From: Candidatus Pacearchaeota archaeon
Lineage (GTDB): Archaea > Nanobdellota > Nanobdellia > Pacearchaeales > GW2011-AR1
Direction: 5' to 3'
Length of the DNA stretch: 64,000 nt
NCBI GenBank assembly: GCA_041659265.1
Contig: JBAZYP010000009.1
Coordinates: 12,201 to 76,200, forward strand
Numbering within the stretch: the stretch's first letter is position 1; every line of letters begins with the position of its first letter. Of the stretch, positions 28,187 through 37,936 are shown one piece after another. Under the pieces are notes generated by a model that made no database searches, was not told the DNA's origin, and saw only the letters and a list, made by a program, of their open reading frames with translations. Made by a program: the position numbers and the translations under genes.

Positions 28187-29200
28187 ATGGAAATTTTCAA
28201 TAGTCTTATTAGTCCTGAGGAATTAATTAAAGAAATCCCAACTAGTATTGCTGTTATAGAAAATGTTAAGAAATCCAGGCAAGAAATTAAAGATATACTT
28301 GATGGAAAGGATAAGAGGAAGATATTTGTTATTGGCCCTTGTTCAATACATAATTTTAATGAAGCATTAAAATATGCTGAAAAATTGAAAAATTTACAGG
28401 AAAAAGTTAAAGATAGGGTATTATTATTAATGAGAGTTTATCTTGAAAAACCAAGAACTAGTTCTGGATGGAAGGGTTTTATTAATGATCCTGATTTAAA
28501 TGAAAGTTATAATATTGAAAAAGGATTAAAATTATCAAGAGAATTATTAATTAAAATTATTGAATTAGGGGTTCCTTGTGCAACTGAATTTTTAGAAATA
28601 TTAGTTTATCCTTATATACAAGATTTAATTTCATGGGGTGCAATTGGTGCACGAACTACTGAATCTCCTGTACATAGACAAATTGTATCTGGGATGGATA
28701 TTCCTATAGGATTTAAAAATTTAACTTCAGGGGATATTGATAGTGCAATAAATGCAATTATTTTTTCAAGCAATCCTAATCATTTTATTGGTATTGATAT
28801 AAATGGAAAAGTTTCTAAAATTTCTACAAGTGGAAATAAATATTGCAATTTAGTTTTAAGAGGTGGAATAACTGGGCCTAATTATGAGGATGAATTTGTT
28901 GAAGAAAGCCAGAAGAGATTAAAAGAAAAGGCAATTTCTGAAAAAATCTTTATTGATTGCAATCATGGAAATTCTTTAAAAGATTATTCTAGGCAGCCTG
29001 ATGTTTTTAGAGAGGTTGTAGCTCAGATGATAAAAAATACTAATCTTATTGGAGTCATGTTAGAATCTAATATAAATGAAGGTAAACAAATTATTCCTGA
29101 AGATTTAAAACAATTAAAGGAAGGAGTTTCAGTTACTGATGGTTGCATTAGTTTTGAAGTAACAGAAAAACTAATTTTAGAAGCCTATTCTATACTTTAA
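28187..29200 (+). CDS. aroG: 3-deoxy-7-phosphoheptulonate (DAHP) synthase, class I alpha (AroG/F/H type)
   Basis: VIGPCSIH, RVYLEKPRTSSGWKGFINDP, WGAIGARTTESPVHRQ, PIGFKN and IDCNHGNS, colinear with E. coli AroG as I recall it. Confidence 0.9.
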   Translation: MEIFNSLISPEELIKEIPTSIAVIENVKKSRQEIKDILDGKDKRKIFVIGPCSIHNFNEALKYAEKLKNLQEKVKDRVLLLMRVYLEKPRTSSGWKGFINDPDLNESYNIEKGLKLSRELLIKIIELGVPCATEFLEILVYPYIQDLISWGAIGARTTESPVHRQIVSGMDIPIGFKNLTSGDIDSAINAIIFSSNPNHFIGIDINGKVSKISTSGNKYCNLVLRGGITGPNYEDEFVEESQKRLKEKAISEKIFIDCNHGNSLKDYSRQPDVFREVVAQMIKNTNLIGVMLESNINEGKQIIPEDLKQLKEGVSVTDGCISFEVTEKLILEAYSIL

Positions 29201-29286
29201 AGTTAAATTTGCTGCTTGCAAATTTAAGTTATAATTTTTTATTAATAATTTGCAATTTTAAAATTGAAATAAATTTAATTTTAAAT

Positions 29287-29505
29287 CTAGTCATCTAAAA
29301 TCGAATTATAGAAGTCTTTTGTGAACCATATCCAAACACCAGTTATAACAATACCCGCAGACCAGAATAATATTACAAGGTTAAGCAATGTAGAAGATGA
29401 TCCTTCACCAACGACATTTCCAGTTATTCCTTCTGAAGAGGCTATAAGCAAGACGAATAAACCAAATGTCATCATAATAGCTGAAAGGGTTTTTTGCATG
29501 ATCAT
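29287..29505 (-). CDS. small membrane protein with ITGNVVG motif
   Basis: 72 aa. ..FVLLIASSEGITGNVVGEGSS.. lies between two hydrophobic helices. It is preferred over the antisense track ORF 29321-29518. Confidence 0.45.
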   Translation of the reverse strand: MIMQKTLSAIMMTFGLFVLLIASSEGITGNVVGEGSSSTLLNLVILFWSAGIVITGVWIWFTKDFYNSILDD

Positions 29506-29684
29506 AGTAGATATATAAAATAATGTTGATATTTAAAGGTTATTTTTGTATATAATTGTTTGGAAATGATTGAAGAGAATGGTTTTAAATAAATAATTTT
29601 AAAAAATTAAGAAAAAATAAAATATTACAGAATATTTTTATTATACTAAGATAGATTTAAATATTTTTTATTTCTTTTAATTTT

Positions 29685-29981
29685 ATGGAATTAAAATGGT
29701 ATCAGTGGGTAGGTTTTTTAATATTTTTTACATATACCTATTTAATTTTAACGGTAACAACATCTACGCCTAGAGAGAATTATATCATTAATTATATTAT
29801 GATTGTTATAGGTTTTTTAATCGTTTTAGTTGGTTGGTTTGAAACCAGAAAAAATAAGGAAAAAAATAATAAAAGAAGTAAATGGAAAATTTTTCTCTAT
29901 TCCTCCCTTTATATTCTTATGTTTTTATTTCTTATGATAGATCTTCTAGATTTTTTAATATTTCTTTCATGGTTTTTTTAG
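29685..29981 (+). CDS. small polytopic membrane protein
   Basis: 98 aa with three hydrophobic helices. No family recognised. Confidence 0.35.
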   Translation: MELKWYQWVGFLIFFTYTYLILTVTTSTPRENYIINYIMIVIGFLIVLVGWFETRKNKEKNNKRSKWKIFLYSSLYILMFLFLMIDLLDFLIFLSWFF

Positions 29982-30103
29982 GTAATTTAATATTTAACAA
30001 TATTAGATCTAAACCTCTAGGCCGGTAAAATCTATAATATATGTTAGATAACTTCTATTATTATGTAATTGAGTTTAAAAAATGGATTTAGTATATCTTT
30101 ATT

Positions 30104-31105
30104 ATGAAACCTCAAAAAAAGGTTAGAAATTGGTTTTTATTTGGGGTGATGTTAATTGTAGTTCTTAATTTTGTTGATGCTATTGATGTAGGAAATGGTG
30201 TTGGAGTAAATATACAGCCGGTTAAACTTGCTCCAAAAGTGTGGTTATGTGAGAATCGTTCATTTAATAATTATGTAGTTGAAAATGAAGTAATAAAATG
30301 GAAAATACTTATTTTTGACAAATATGACATTAATAGGCTTGGTAATGTTATTGGTTTAGTTATTAATGAAGATAACAAGAATATAGAATTAAATTGTATT
30401 CCTGATGCAAATTCAAATTCATTAGGAATTCTAGATCCTTCATGTAATGCAAAATTTAGCGACTTCATAATTAATGAATTTGGAAAAGATTCTATGATAT
30501 ATTATACTTGTAGTCTTACTGCTGAAAATTATAATAAAATGAATGGAAAATATATTTTATCTTTTGAAGCAACTAATGCAGTAGGAATTTCTGAAAGAAA
30601 TTTAGGTGTAGAATATTTGTTTATAACTCCAATACCTTCTATACATATTAATTTTAATTCAACAAATAATGATATCGATGTAAAAACAGATTTAGATTAT
30701 TATATAAGGGATTATTCTGAAAAATGCTTGGATAAATATTGTAATAAGAAAATTAAAAAGTATTTTATTTCAAATGATAAACAAGATGCGTATTTAGAGT
30801 TAAAATATATAAAATCAAGAAATAATGGACAAATAGAAATTATTAATTTATCTTATAATGGGGTTAAACAACCTATAAAACGGAATTCATTCAAAATTAT
30901 GAATTCTACAAGAGGTATTAGTGAAAGACTTATTGTTGATAAAATATCATTAAATCTTGATTATAATAAGAGAAAAGATGAAACAATGGTTAAATCTTAT
31001 GGGGCAAGAAAAGTCCTAACAACAAAAGGAAATGGATTATCTTTAATTCAGTTAAATATTATTAATGGAAATTTTAATTATTCTATAATTAGGGATACTC
31101 TCTAA
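30104..31105 (+). CDS. secreted hypothetical protein
   Basis: Signal peptide ..LIVVLNFVDAID. The gene is flanked by 13-nt direct repeats related to the 3' end of tRNA-Thr. Confidence 0.5.
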   Translation: MKPQKKVRNWFLFGVMLIVVLNFVDAIDVGNGVGVNIQPVKLAPKVWLCENRSFNNYVVENEVIKWKILIFDKYDINRLGNVIGLVINEDNKNIELNCIPDANSNSLGILDPSCNAKFSDFIINEFGKDSMIYYTCSLTAENYNKMNGKYILSFEATNAVGISERNLGVEYLFITPIPSIHINFNSTNNDIDVKTDLDYYIRDYSEKCLDKYCNKKIKKYFISNDKQDAYLELKYIKSRNNGQIEIINLSYNGVKQPIKRNSFKIMNSTRGISERLIVDKISLNLDYNKRKDETMVKSYGARKVLTTKGNGLSLIQLNIINGNFNYSIIRDTL

Positions 31106-31281
31106 AAATAGGTTTTTCAACAAAAAAAGACAGCCTCCAGGCCGGTCCTAAAAATTTTATTTTATAAAATTTTTGTCTGATTCAAAAACCATAGAAGTTT
31201 TTGAACAAGTCGAACCGAGCACTTTGGTTAGAATCTGGCTAATGAAGAATTAATATAATATCGCAATAGCGATATTATTTA

Positions 31282-31354
31282 AGCCTCCAGCCGGAGTCGA
31301 ACCGACGACCTACTGATTACAAGTCAGCCGCTCTACCAACTGAGCTATGGAGGC
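31282..31354 (-). tRNA. tRNA-Thr (anticodon UGU)
   Basis: 73-nt cloverleaf folded by hand: acceptor GCCTCCA/TGGAGGC, D arm GCTC-AGTTGGTA-GAGC, anticodon arm GCTGA-CTTGTAA-TCAGT, T arm GTCGG-TTCGACT-CCGGC. No encoded CCA. Confidence 0.9.
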
Positions 31355-31422
31355 ATTATGGTAAGGGTCAATATATCATGATAAATGAGGTTTAAAAGGA
31401 TTTTGGAAAGAATTTTTATCCT

Positions 31423-31914
31423 TTATAATACATGGTCGTCATCCGTTCGTTTGTAATCATGGATTTCATCTATTGAAAACCATAGTTTTGTTTCATAGCT
31501 AGCGTCTTTTTCATCTGAAGAAGCATGGATGATATTTTTTACAGCTATTTCTTTTGTATCTGCATGACTATAACTTATATGAGAATAATCTCCTCTAATT
31601 GTACCTGGAAGTGCTGCTTTAGATTCAGTTGCACCGCATAGTTTTCTTACATTTTCTATTGCATCAACACCTTCAACAATCATAGCTACAATAGGACCTG
31701 AAGTAATAAAATCTAAAAGCCTTGTTCTAACATGTTCTCCTCTTCTTTTAGCTATATCATCTGTATAATGATTTTGAGCAAGATCTTTAGATATATGCGT
31801 CAATTTAAGCGCAACAATTTTTAATCCTCTTTGTTCAAATCTTCTAATAACTTCTCCAACTAGACCTCTAGCTACTCCATCTGGTTTAACCAATACTAAA
31901 GTTTGTTGAATCAT
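31423..31914 (-). CDS. ndk: nucleoside diphosphate kinase
   Basis: TLVLVKPDGVARGLVGEVIRRFEQRGLKIVALK, GTIRGDY and NIIHASS. Confidence 0.95.
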   Translation of the reverse strand: MIQQTLVLVKPDGVARGLVGEVIRRFEQRGLKIVALKLTHISKDLAQNHYTDDIAKRRGEHVRTRLLDFITSGPIVAMIVEGVDAIENVRKLCGATESKAALPGTIRGDYSHISYSHADTKEIAVKNIIHASSDEKDASYETKLWFSIDEIHDYKRTDDDHVL

Positions 31915-32109
31915 TTTTTTTAATAATATCTAGGATTTATAAACTTAATTATGATGAGGCTTTGTTTATGGTTTATAAAATATTATTTTTTATTAATAAT
32001 TTTAAACTTATTTTTACTTGTTTCTCCTCACTTAAGGGGGAGAAAAAGTATAAAATAAGTAGTTTAAATTATAACCTTTGATTATTCTTAAGGAGAATAA
32101 TAATCATAT

Positions 32110-35100
32110 TTAATCCTTAAATAATTTATTTTTTACCTTTAATCTTTCTTTTTTAGGTAATTTTACATATGTCTTTTTTATGTTTTCATAAAAACGAGTT
32201 GCATCATCAGTTCTCTTATCTTTTTTAGCAAGTTCATATTCTTTTATTAATGCGTTTATATCTTTCTTATCGATATAAATTCTTATATTTTTAATATCTT
32301 TATACAAATGTTTTCTACAGCCCTTAGGAACTAATGGATATATTTCTTTAATTTTATGATATTTTTCTCTAGCTGTTTCAATATCTTCTCTTTTTATTGC
32401 TTTTTTTGCTTCTTTAACATATTTGAATATTCTTGAACCATCTTCTTCTTTTTTCCACATATATATTCTGTATCTTTTTATAGAGATAAAGATAAGATAA
32501 ATGATAAATAATCCCAAGATTATTAACATCAAATATGTTAGCCAGTTGTCAAATTTAAGATCACTTAATAAAAAGAATCCTGTAATTTTAACTTCTTTTA
32601 TATAAATTTCTTTAAAGAGTATTGTGTCTGTTTTTTCAAATTCCTTTGGTTCTATTTCTTTTTCTATATAATAGACTAGTTCATTATTTTCATTTAAGTC
32701 TTTTTTACTAATTAATACACTATTTCCTTGTTTTTCAATTGGTAAAGATAAAAATACAGTATTATTAATGTCTGATATTAGTTCACCAGGGATTATTTCC
32801 ATTATTTCTTCAAACGAATCATTTTGAATATTAATTTTTTTAGATATTAGGGTAATCTTTTTTGTTTTTTCTTTATATTCTATTTCAACTTGGTAAACTT
32901 TAGTTGATACAGAAAGATATTTTTGGAATTCTAAATTTGTTTCTACTAGATTTTTTATAATATCTTTATCTATTTCATTTCCTTTTGAAGAAAGATAGTT
33001 GTTTAAAACCGATTCTAAATCATTAGTAATACTATTTTTAACAAATTCCTGCTGTTTTATTATTCTAACATCTAATGGTAATTTATTTTTAATATCGCTG
33101 ATCTCATTATTTATCTCTTGTATCTTTTTTTCTTTTTGAACTTGATCTGAAACATATTTAAGATTATTTCCAAGGTCTTGATCTATTTGTCTTAATCTTT
33201 TATTAAAATAACCTAGATCATTTTCCAAACCTAATAATAGAAGGACATTTTTTTGATCCATTGAATAGGTTTCTTTTTTATCCATAAAATCCTGAAGACT
33301 AGATAATAAACTATCTACTTCTTCTTTTTGAGAGTAAGAATAACTAGTATTTTTTTCATTTTCTTCATCTTCATTGTCATCTTCATTTAATTGATTTGAG
33401 GTTAATAAGTTGTTATTTAAATCAATAGTAAAATCTCTTTTATTTTCATTGTGATTACTTGAGTTATCATAACATTCAATATACCAAGAAAATTCTCCAT
33501 TATGGAATTCTTGCATTGGAATTTCGTAAATTTTATTATTTTCAGGATTAATTTCAGTTTTTGAATATATAAGAACTCCAAACATGCCTGAATTATTATA
33601 AAGTTCAAAAGTGCAATTTGCTAATTTTATATTATCTGATGCCTTATATGAAAATGTTAATGTTGAAGATTTTATTATTGCTTCGTTTTCTGGTCCGATT
33701 AAAGTAATTTCTGGATCAGTTGAATCAATGTTGTTTGTAACTTGAATTGGTCCTTTTTGAATTGAAAACACTCTTCCATCTATAGTTATATTACTTTTTA
33801 TATAAAAAGTTCCTGGAAGTGCATATTTGTGTGAACTTGTTATATTAATATTATTTTCATTAATTGAAAAATAGGAAATATCTAACGCGCCTTCTCCAAA
33901 ATAATTTATTATAGAGCTTATTTTTTCAACAGGAGAATCAATTCTAATATCTAATGTTAAATTTTCATTAGAATTTAATTCAAGTTTATTAGGCGTTATA
34001 TCTATTTTTGCAACTGAGAAATTCTTTGATATTGAATAGGGTTGTTCATAGTAATACGATGTAAGATTAACGGTATATACTCCTGGTGAAGAAATTTCTG
34101 AACCTGATATATTGTATTCCATTGGATAAGGCCCATTTAGATTATTTAAAATAACTTCATTTCCATTTGGTTTTTTTAATATTAATCTAGTTTGAGTTGG
34201 TTTTGAATCAAATCTAAGTCTTATATTTTCTCCTGGAAGATATACTTTATTTTCAATATCTAAAGAGAATGTATCATTAATAATGAAATAACCTGAAATT
34301 GATTTTTCTTTATCATTATCTTTGCATATAAGATCCCATTTATGATTTCCATTAATTAGATTTGTTGGCCAGATCAAGGATAAATTTAGTGCAGGATTAA
34401 AATCAGTTAGATTTTGATGAGAATTTAAATTATCAATTATTAATTTGCATTTTAATCTAGATAGATTAAAATATCCAATATTAAAATTAAAATTAATTGG
34501 ATTAGCTACTAGTGAATTATTAATTGGAAATGTTGAAACTAGGGTAAGATTTTCAGAAAAATCTATTGGATTAAAACTTATTTTAATTCTATATTCTTGT
34601 TCTGATAGATGCGGTACAATCCAAGAGATCCTATCAAACAATTCATCATTATTTGTGTCATAATAAGTAATATTATCAAGTAATTTAGCTTCAACTTTAG
34701 AATAAACTTCTATTTTAGTAAATTCATTTATTTTAGTTGGTATAATATCTGTATAAAGTCTTATTGGATTGTCTATTTCAACTGAACTATTTAAAATAAC
34801 AATTTTTTCAGTTTCATTATGCTTTATTTCTTTTTTTTGAATTTGATTATCACAATTTATTTCTTCAGGCATAAGTCCTTCATAATTCATCAAATCAGAA
34901 TCATCTTCAATATGGCATTCTAAATATCTTTTTTCAATAGGATTATCTTCTTTATTTTCAGTATTTTCTTGTTCAAGAGCTAAAGAAATCGCTTCAACTG
35001 TTTTTAACATTTGAATAGTATCTGAATATTTTGGATTAGATTCATTTAAATCTGATTTAGATAATTCTTCCTGAGTAATATTTTCTTTTTGATTTTCAAT

Positions 35101-35679
35101 ATTTGTTGAAGAATTACTTTGAGATGAAGTTGTTTGTTCAATAATTTTAACTTCTCCAGAGGAACTTGTACCAATATTTCCTTCACTTGAACCGCCATTG
35201 AAAGTTATTGATGCTTCTTTAACTGGTTCTTCATTAGTATTATTTGAAGAATTTTCTTGTTCTTTATAATCTTCATTAGTTTCATTATTAGATGTTATTT
35301 TTCTTTCAGAATTATTTTCTTGTGAATCTTTAATTGGTGAATCCATTTTTGATTCAACCTCAACAAGATCAAATTCAGATTCTATTTTTTCATTAGAATC
35401 ATTTTTATTAATTGTAGAAACTTGTTCTTCAGATTTGTTTACTAAAATAGAACTATCCTGAATTATTGATGGAGTTTGTTTATTTTCTGTTGAAGAAGTT
35501 GATTCTGTTGATACAGATATTTCTAATTGTTGAGTTTGTTTAATTTCATTAGTATTTTCAATATTAGTTTTATCTAAATCAATAGTAGTATTATCCTGGC
35601 TTAAAACTATGATATTTGAAACTGAGATTAAGATTAAAGTAATTAATAATAAAGATATATTTTTGTTAAGAAATTTCAT
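32110..35679 (-). CDS. giant surface protein (signal peptide, acidic S/T/N/E-rich region, WIVPHLS domain, Ig-like domains, TM, helical cytoplasmic tail)
   Basis: Start set to ATG 35679 (MKFLNKNISLLLITLILISVSNIIVLSQD). Contains ..YYDTNNDELFDRISWIVPHLSEQEY.. and DSTDPEITLIGP Ig-like units, then KITGFFLL + TM LTYLMLIILGLFIIYLIFISI and a ~125-aa K/E-rich tail. Confidence 0.7.
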   Translation of the reverse strand: MKFLNKNISLLLITLILISVSNIIVLSQDNTTIDLDKTNIENTNEIKQTQQLEISVSTESTSSTENKQTPSIIQDSSILVNKSEEQVSTINKNDSNEKIESEFDLVEVESKMDSPIKDSQENNSERKITSNNETNEDYKEQENSSNNTNEEPVKEASITFNGGSSEGNIGTSSSGEVKIIEQTTSSQSNSSTNIENQKENITQEELSKSDLNESNPKYSDTIQMLKTVEAISLALEQENTENKEDNPIEKRYLECHIEDDSDLMNYEGLMPEEINCDNQIQKKEIKHNETEKIVILNSSVEIDNPIRLYTDIIPTKINEFTKIEVYSKVEAKLLDNITYYDTNNDELFDRISWIVPHLSEQEYRIKISFNPIDFSENLTLVSTFPINNSLVANPINFNFNIGYFNLSRLKCKLIIDNLNSHQNLTDFNPALNLSLIWPTNLINGNHKWDLICKDNDKEKSISGYFIINDTFSLDIENKVYLPGENIRLRFDSKPTQTRLILKKPNGNEVILNNLNGPYPMEYNISGSEISSPGVYTVNLTSYYYEQPYSISKNFSVAKIDITPNKLELNSNENLTLDIRIDSPVEKISSIINYFGEGALDISYFSINENNINITSSHKYALPGTFYIKSNITIDGRVFSIQKGPIQVTNNIDSTDPEITLIGPENEAIIKSSTLTFSYKASDNIKLANCTFELYNNSGMFGVLIYSKTEINPENNKIYEIPMQEFHNGEFSWYIECYDNSSNHNENKRDFTIDLNNNLLTSNQLNEDDNEDEENEKNTSYSYSQKEEVDSLLSSLQDFMDKKETYSMDQKNVLLLLGLENDLGYFNKRLRQIDQDLGNNLKYVSDQVQKEKKIQEINNEISDIKNKLPLDVRIIKQQEFVKNSITNDLESVLNNYLSSKGNEIDKDIIKNLVETNLEFQKYLSVSTKVYQVEIEYKEKTKKITLISKKINIQNDSFEEIMEIIPGELISDINNTVFLSLPIEKQGNSVLISKKDLNENNELVYYIEKEIEPKEFEKTDTILFKEIYIKEVKITGFFLLSDLKFDNWLTYLMLIILGLFIIYLIFISIKRYRIYMWKKEEDGSRIFKYVKEAKKAIKREDIETAREKYHKIKEIYPLVPKGCRKHLYKDIKNIRIYIDKKDINALIKEYELAKKDKRTDDATRFYENIKKTYVKLPKKERLKVKNKLFKD

Positions 35680-35680
35680 T

Positions 35681-35929
35681 TTATTTATCACCTTTTTTTT
35701 CTAGTTTATTTATCTTTAAGAATCCTTCATTATATAACCATAATGTTAAAATTTTTCCAACTACATCTTGCTCATTACTTCCCATAATGCCTACTAATTT
35801 TTGCAGAATATCTCTTTGATTGTCAGTAATCGTACCTTTAACAACGACGGTTTTTGCTCTATTTTTTTCATCAGGTCTCTTTTGAGACTCTTTTAAGCCC
35901 TCTTTTAGCATAAAATAGATACTTTTCAA
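35681..35929 (-). CDS. small DNA-binding protein, ribbon-helix-helix-like
   Basis: 82 aa. ..KTVVVKGTITDNQRDILQKLVGIMGSNEQDVVGKILTLWL.. fits a strand-helix-helix fold. Its TAA (35681-35683) is 1 nt from the ATG of the giant gene. Confidence 0.35.
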   Translation of the reverse strand: MKSIYFMLKEGLKESQKRPDEKNRAKTVVVKGTITDNQRDILQKLVGIMGSNEQDVVGKILTLWLYNEGFLKINKLEKKGDK

Positions 35930-36016
35930 GTCTTTATAAACCTTTTCATTAAGGTTTTTTAATAGTATATTTTTTCTTTCAAAAAGGTATATAAATTATA
36001 ATTGAGGTATTATATA

Positions 36017-37936
36017 ATGAATAGAATAAAGGGGCGGTATTATTTGGTGATAGGTTTATTTTACTTATTTTTTCTATTAAATTCAGTAATAATTGCTCAA
36101 GATGTAGAAACTGGGATGAATGTTACAGTTAGTCCTCCTATTCTTATTCAACTAATACCTAATTTTACATGGGAAACTAATCAAAATCTTACTAATGCCT
36201 TTTGTTTAGATGATTATTTTAAAGACCCTTCTGGATTTAGTTTAAATTATACATTTACCAGTGTTCCTAATATTCTTGTTGTGATTAATTCTACAACAAA
36301 TAATGTTTCTTTTTATCCTGATTTTGGATTTATGGGTATTAGGAATATAACTTTTTATGCTACCAATGATATGGGAACTACTCCAAGTAATCCTGTTACA
36401 TTATTTGTAAATTTAGATGACGAGGCACCTAAATGGAAGAATCCTGGAAAAAATAAAGTAAATGTTTATCAAAATGATTATGTAAATTTTACAACAACTT
36501 GGACTGACAATTATCAATTGCAGGGTTATACATTTTATTTAAGGCAACAAGGTGCTTGGGTTAGCACTCCTGGAAGTTTTAGTGGAATTGAAAATATTTC
36601 GAGAGCTAGTGCCCAGATAGTAAGTATTCCTGGAAATTTTATTTATTGGTATTTTTGCGCAAATGATACCTCTGCAAATTCAAATTGTACTGATTTATAT
36701 TCTTTTAATGTATCTGTGCCCCCTGTTGTTGATAATCCTCCATCTGTATCTCCCCCTTCATCAGGAGCAACTTCACCACCTCCTGCAACAACCACTCCAC
36801 CTGCAACTGGTGCTGCAGTAGTTCAATCTGAAGCAAAAAAGAAAATAAAGGATTTTTTAGTCGAACCCAGTTTTTTTAAGATTTCTATGAAACAAGCATC
36901 TGTTGATACTAGAATATTAAAAATAACTAATATAGGTAATACTGAAATTTTCATAAATTTGAGTCTTCTTGGTGTAGAAGATTTTGTCGTATTAAGTGAA
37001 AATTCATTTAATTTAACTAATGGCGAGGTTAAGAAAATTACAGTTGATTTCATAACAAAAAATAATACTGTTCCTGATCAATATTTTGGAAGAATAATAG
37101 TTTCTTCTTCTCAAATTCAAGAAGTTCCGGTTATTATTGATGTTAATCCTATTAATCAAAAATTTTCAGTTGATGTAAATATTTCTGAAAAATATAAGGT
37201 AGTTAAACCTGGTGAGATGGTACAAGCGAATATCATCATTAAGAACATAAAGGATATTACTCCTACAAATGTTAAATTACATATTGCTATAAAAGATTTT
37301 TCAGGAACAATTTATGATTCTTATGAGGAAGATATTCTTTTTGATGATACTTTAAATCTAATAAGAAATATCACTGTACCTTCAAATACAATTGTAGGGG
37401 AATATTTATTTTATGCTAGAATTTATGATGAAAATAATATTGCTATTGATTCAGATAGTTTTCAGGTTGGAACAAGATATTTATTAGCAGTTTATTTTAA
37501 AAAATATTTTTTATTTATTCTATTATTATTTTTATTTATTTTAACTATCTTTTTGATACTTAGATATAAAAAGGAAAGAGAGAAGGAACGAACTTTAACT
37601 CTTTATTTAATGCTTACAGAATTAAAGAATTTAATAAAAGATGGCAAGTTTGATAAAGCTGTACAATTATATATTAGAATAAAAACTATTTATGGCGAAC
37701 CTGTATCAAGAGCCAGTATTAAAGACAAAGAAAAATTAAAAGAAGAAATTGAAAAACTTTCTAATAAATTAAAGGGAGAATTGGAGACAGCAAAAGAAGC
37801 TAATTCAGATAAAGAAAAAAGCGATACAAAAAAATCTGAGGATATAAAAGAAGTCAATAAAGAAGAAACTATTGTAAAAAATGAAGAAAAAAAAGAAAGT
37901 GAAAATGAGGTAAAAAATGAAGAAAAAACCAAGTAA
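36017..37936 (+). CDS. surface protein: Ig-like N-domains, Pro-rich linker, two-domain juxtamembrane module, TM, helical tail
   Basis: Start set to ATG 36017 (signal ..FFLLNSVIIAQD). Has a PPSVSPPSSGATSPPPATTTPPATG linker, a module with DQYFGRIIVSS..VPVIIDV and VKPGEMV..VGEYLFY, TM FLFILLLFLFILTIFLIL, and a tail ..FDKAVQLYIRIKTIYGEP... Confidence 0.65.
   Translation: MNRIKGRYYLVIGLFYLFFLLNSVIIAQDVETGMNVTVSPPILIQLIPNFTWETNQNLTNAFCLDDYFKDPSGFSLNYTFTSVPNILVVINSTTNNVSFYPDFGFMGIRNITFYATNDMGTTPSNPVTLFVNLDDEAPKWKNPGKNKVNVYQNDYVNFTTTWTDNYQLQGYTFYLRQQGAWVSTPGSFSGIENISRASAQIVSIPGNFIYWYFCANDTSANSNCTDLYSFNVSVPPVVDNPPSVSPPSSGATSPPPATTTPPATGAAVVQSEAKKKIKDFLVEPSFFKISMKQASVDTRILKITNIGNTEIFINLSLLGVEDFVVLSENSFNLTNGEVKKITVDFITKNNTVPDQYFGRIIVSSSQIQEVPVIIDVNPINQKFSVDVNISEKYKVVKPGEMVQANIIIKNIKDITPTNVKLHIAIKDFSGTIYDSYEEDILFDDTLNLIRNITVPSNTIVGEYLFYARIYDENNIAIDSDSFQVGTRYLLAVYFKKYFLFILLLFLFILTIFLILRYKKEREKERTLTLYLMLTELKNLIKDGKFDKAVQLYIRIKTIYGEPVSRASIKDKEKLKEEIEKLSNKLKGELETAKEANSDKEKSDTKKSEDIKEVNKEETIVKNEEKKESENEVKNEEKTK

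Noticed and set aside
31181-31205. Perfect 9-bp hairpin TTCAAAAAC-ccatagaa-GTTTTTGAA. On the minus strand its 7-nt loop reads UUCUAUG, which looks like an anticodon loop with CUA (an amber suppressor or Pyl-like tRNA).
   Set aside because: The stem is too long for an anticodon arm and position 37 is a pyrimidine. I could not build acceptor, D or T arms around it. It more likely belongs to the tRNA-Thr-derived debris described in the att-like finding.
32021-32100. Two hairpins centred on CTTAAGG (TTTCTCCTC..GGGGGAGAAA at 32021-32045 and TTATTCT-taagg-AGAATAA at 32082-32100) just downstream of the giant gene's stop
   Set aside because: They are probably simple transcript-end structures between the giant gene and ndk. 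The evidence is too limited to call them a regulatory element or ncRNA.
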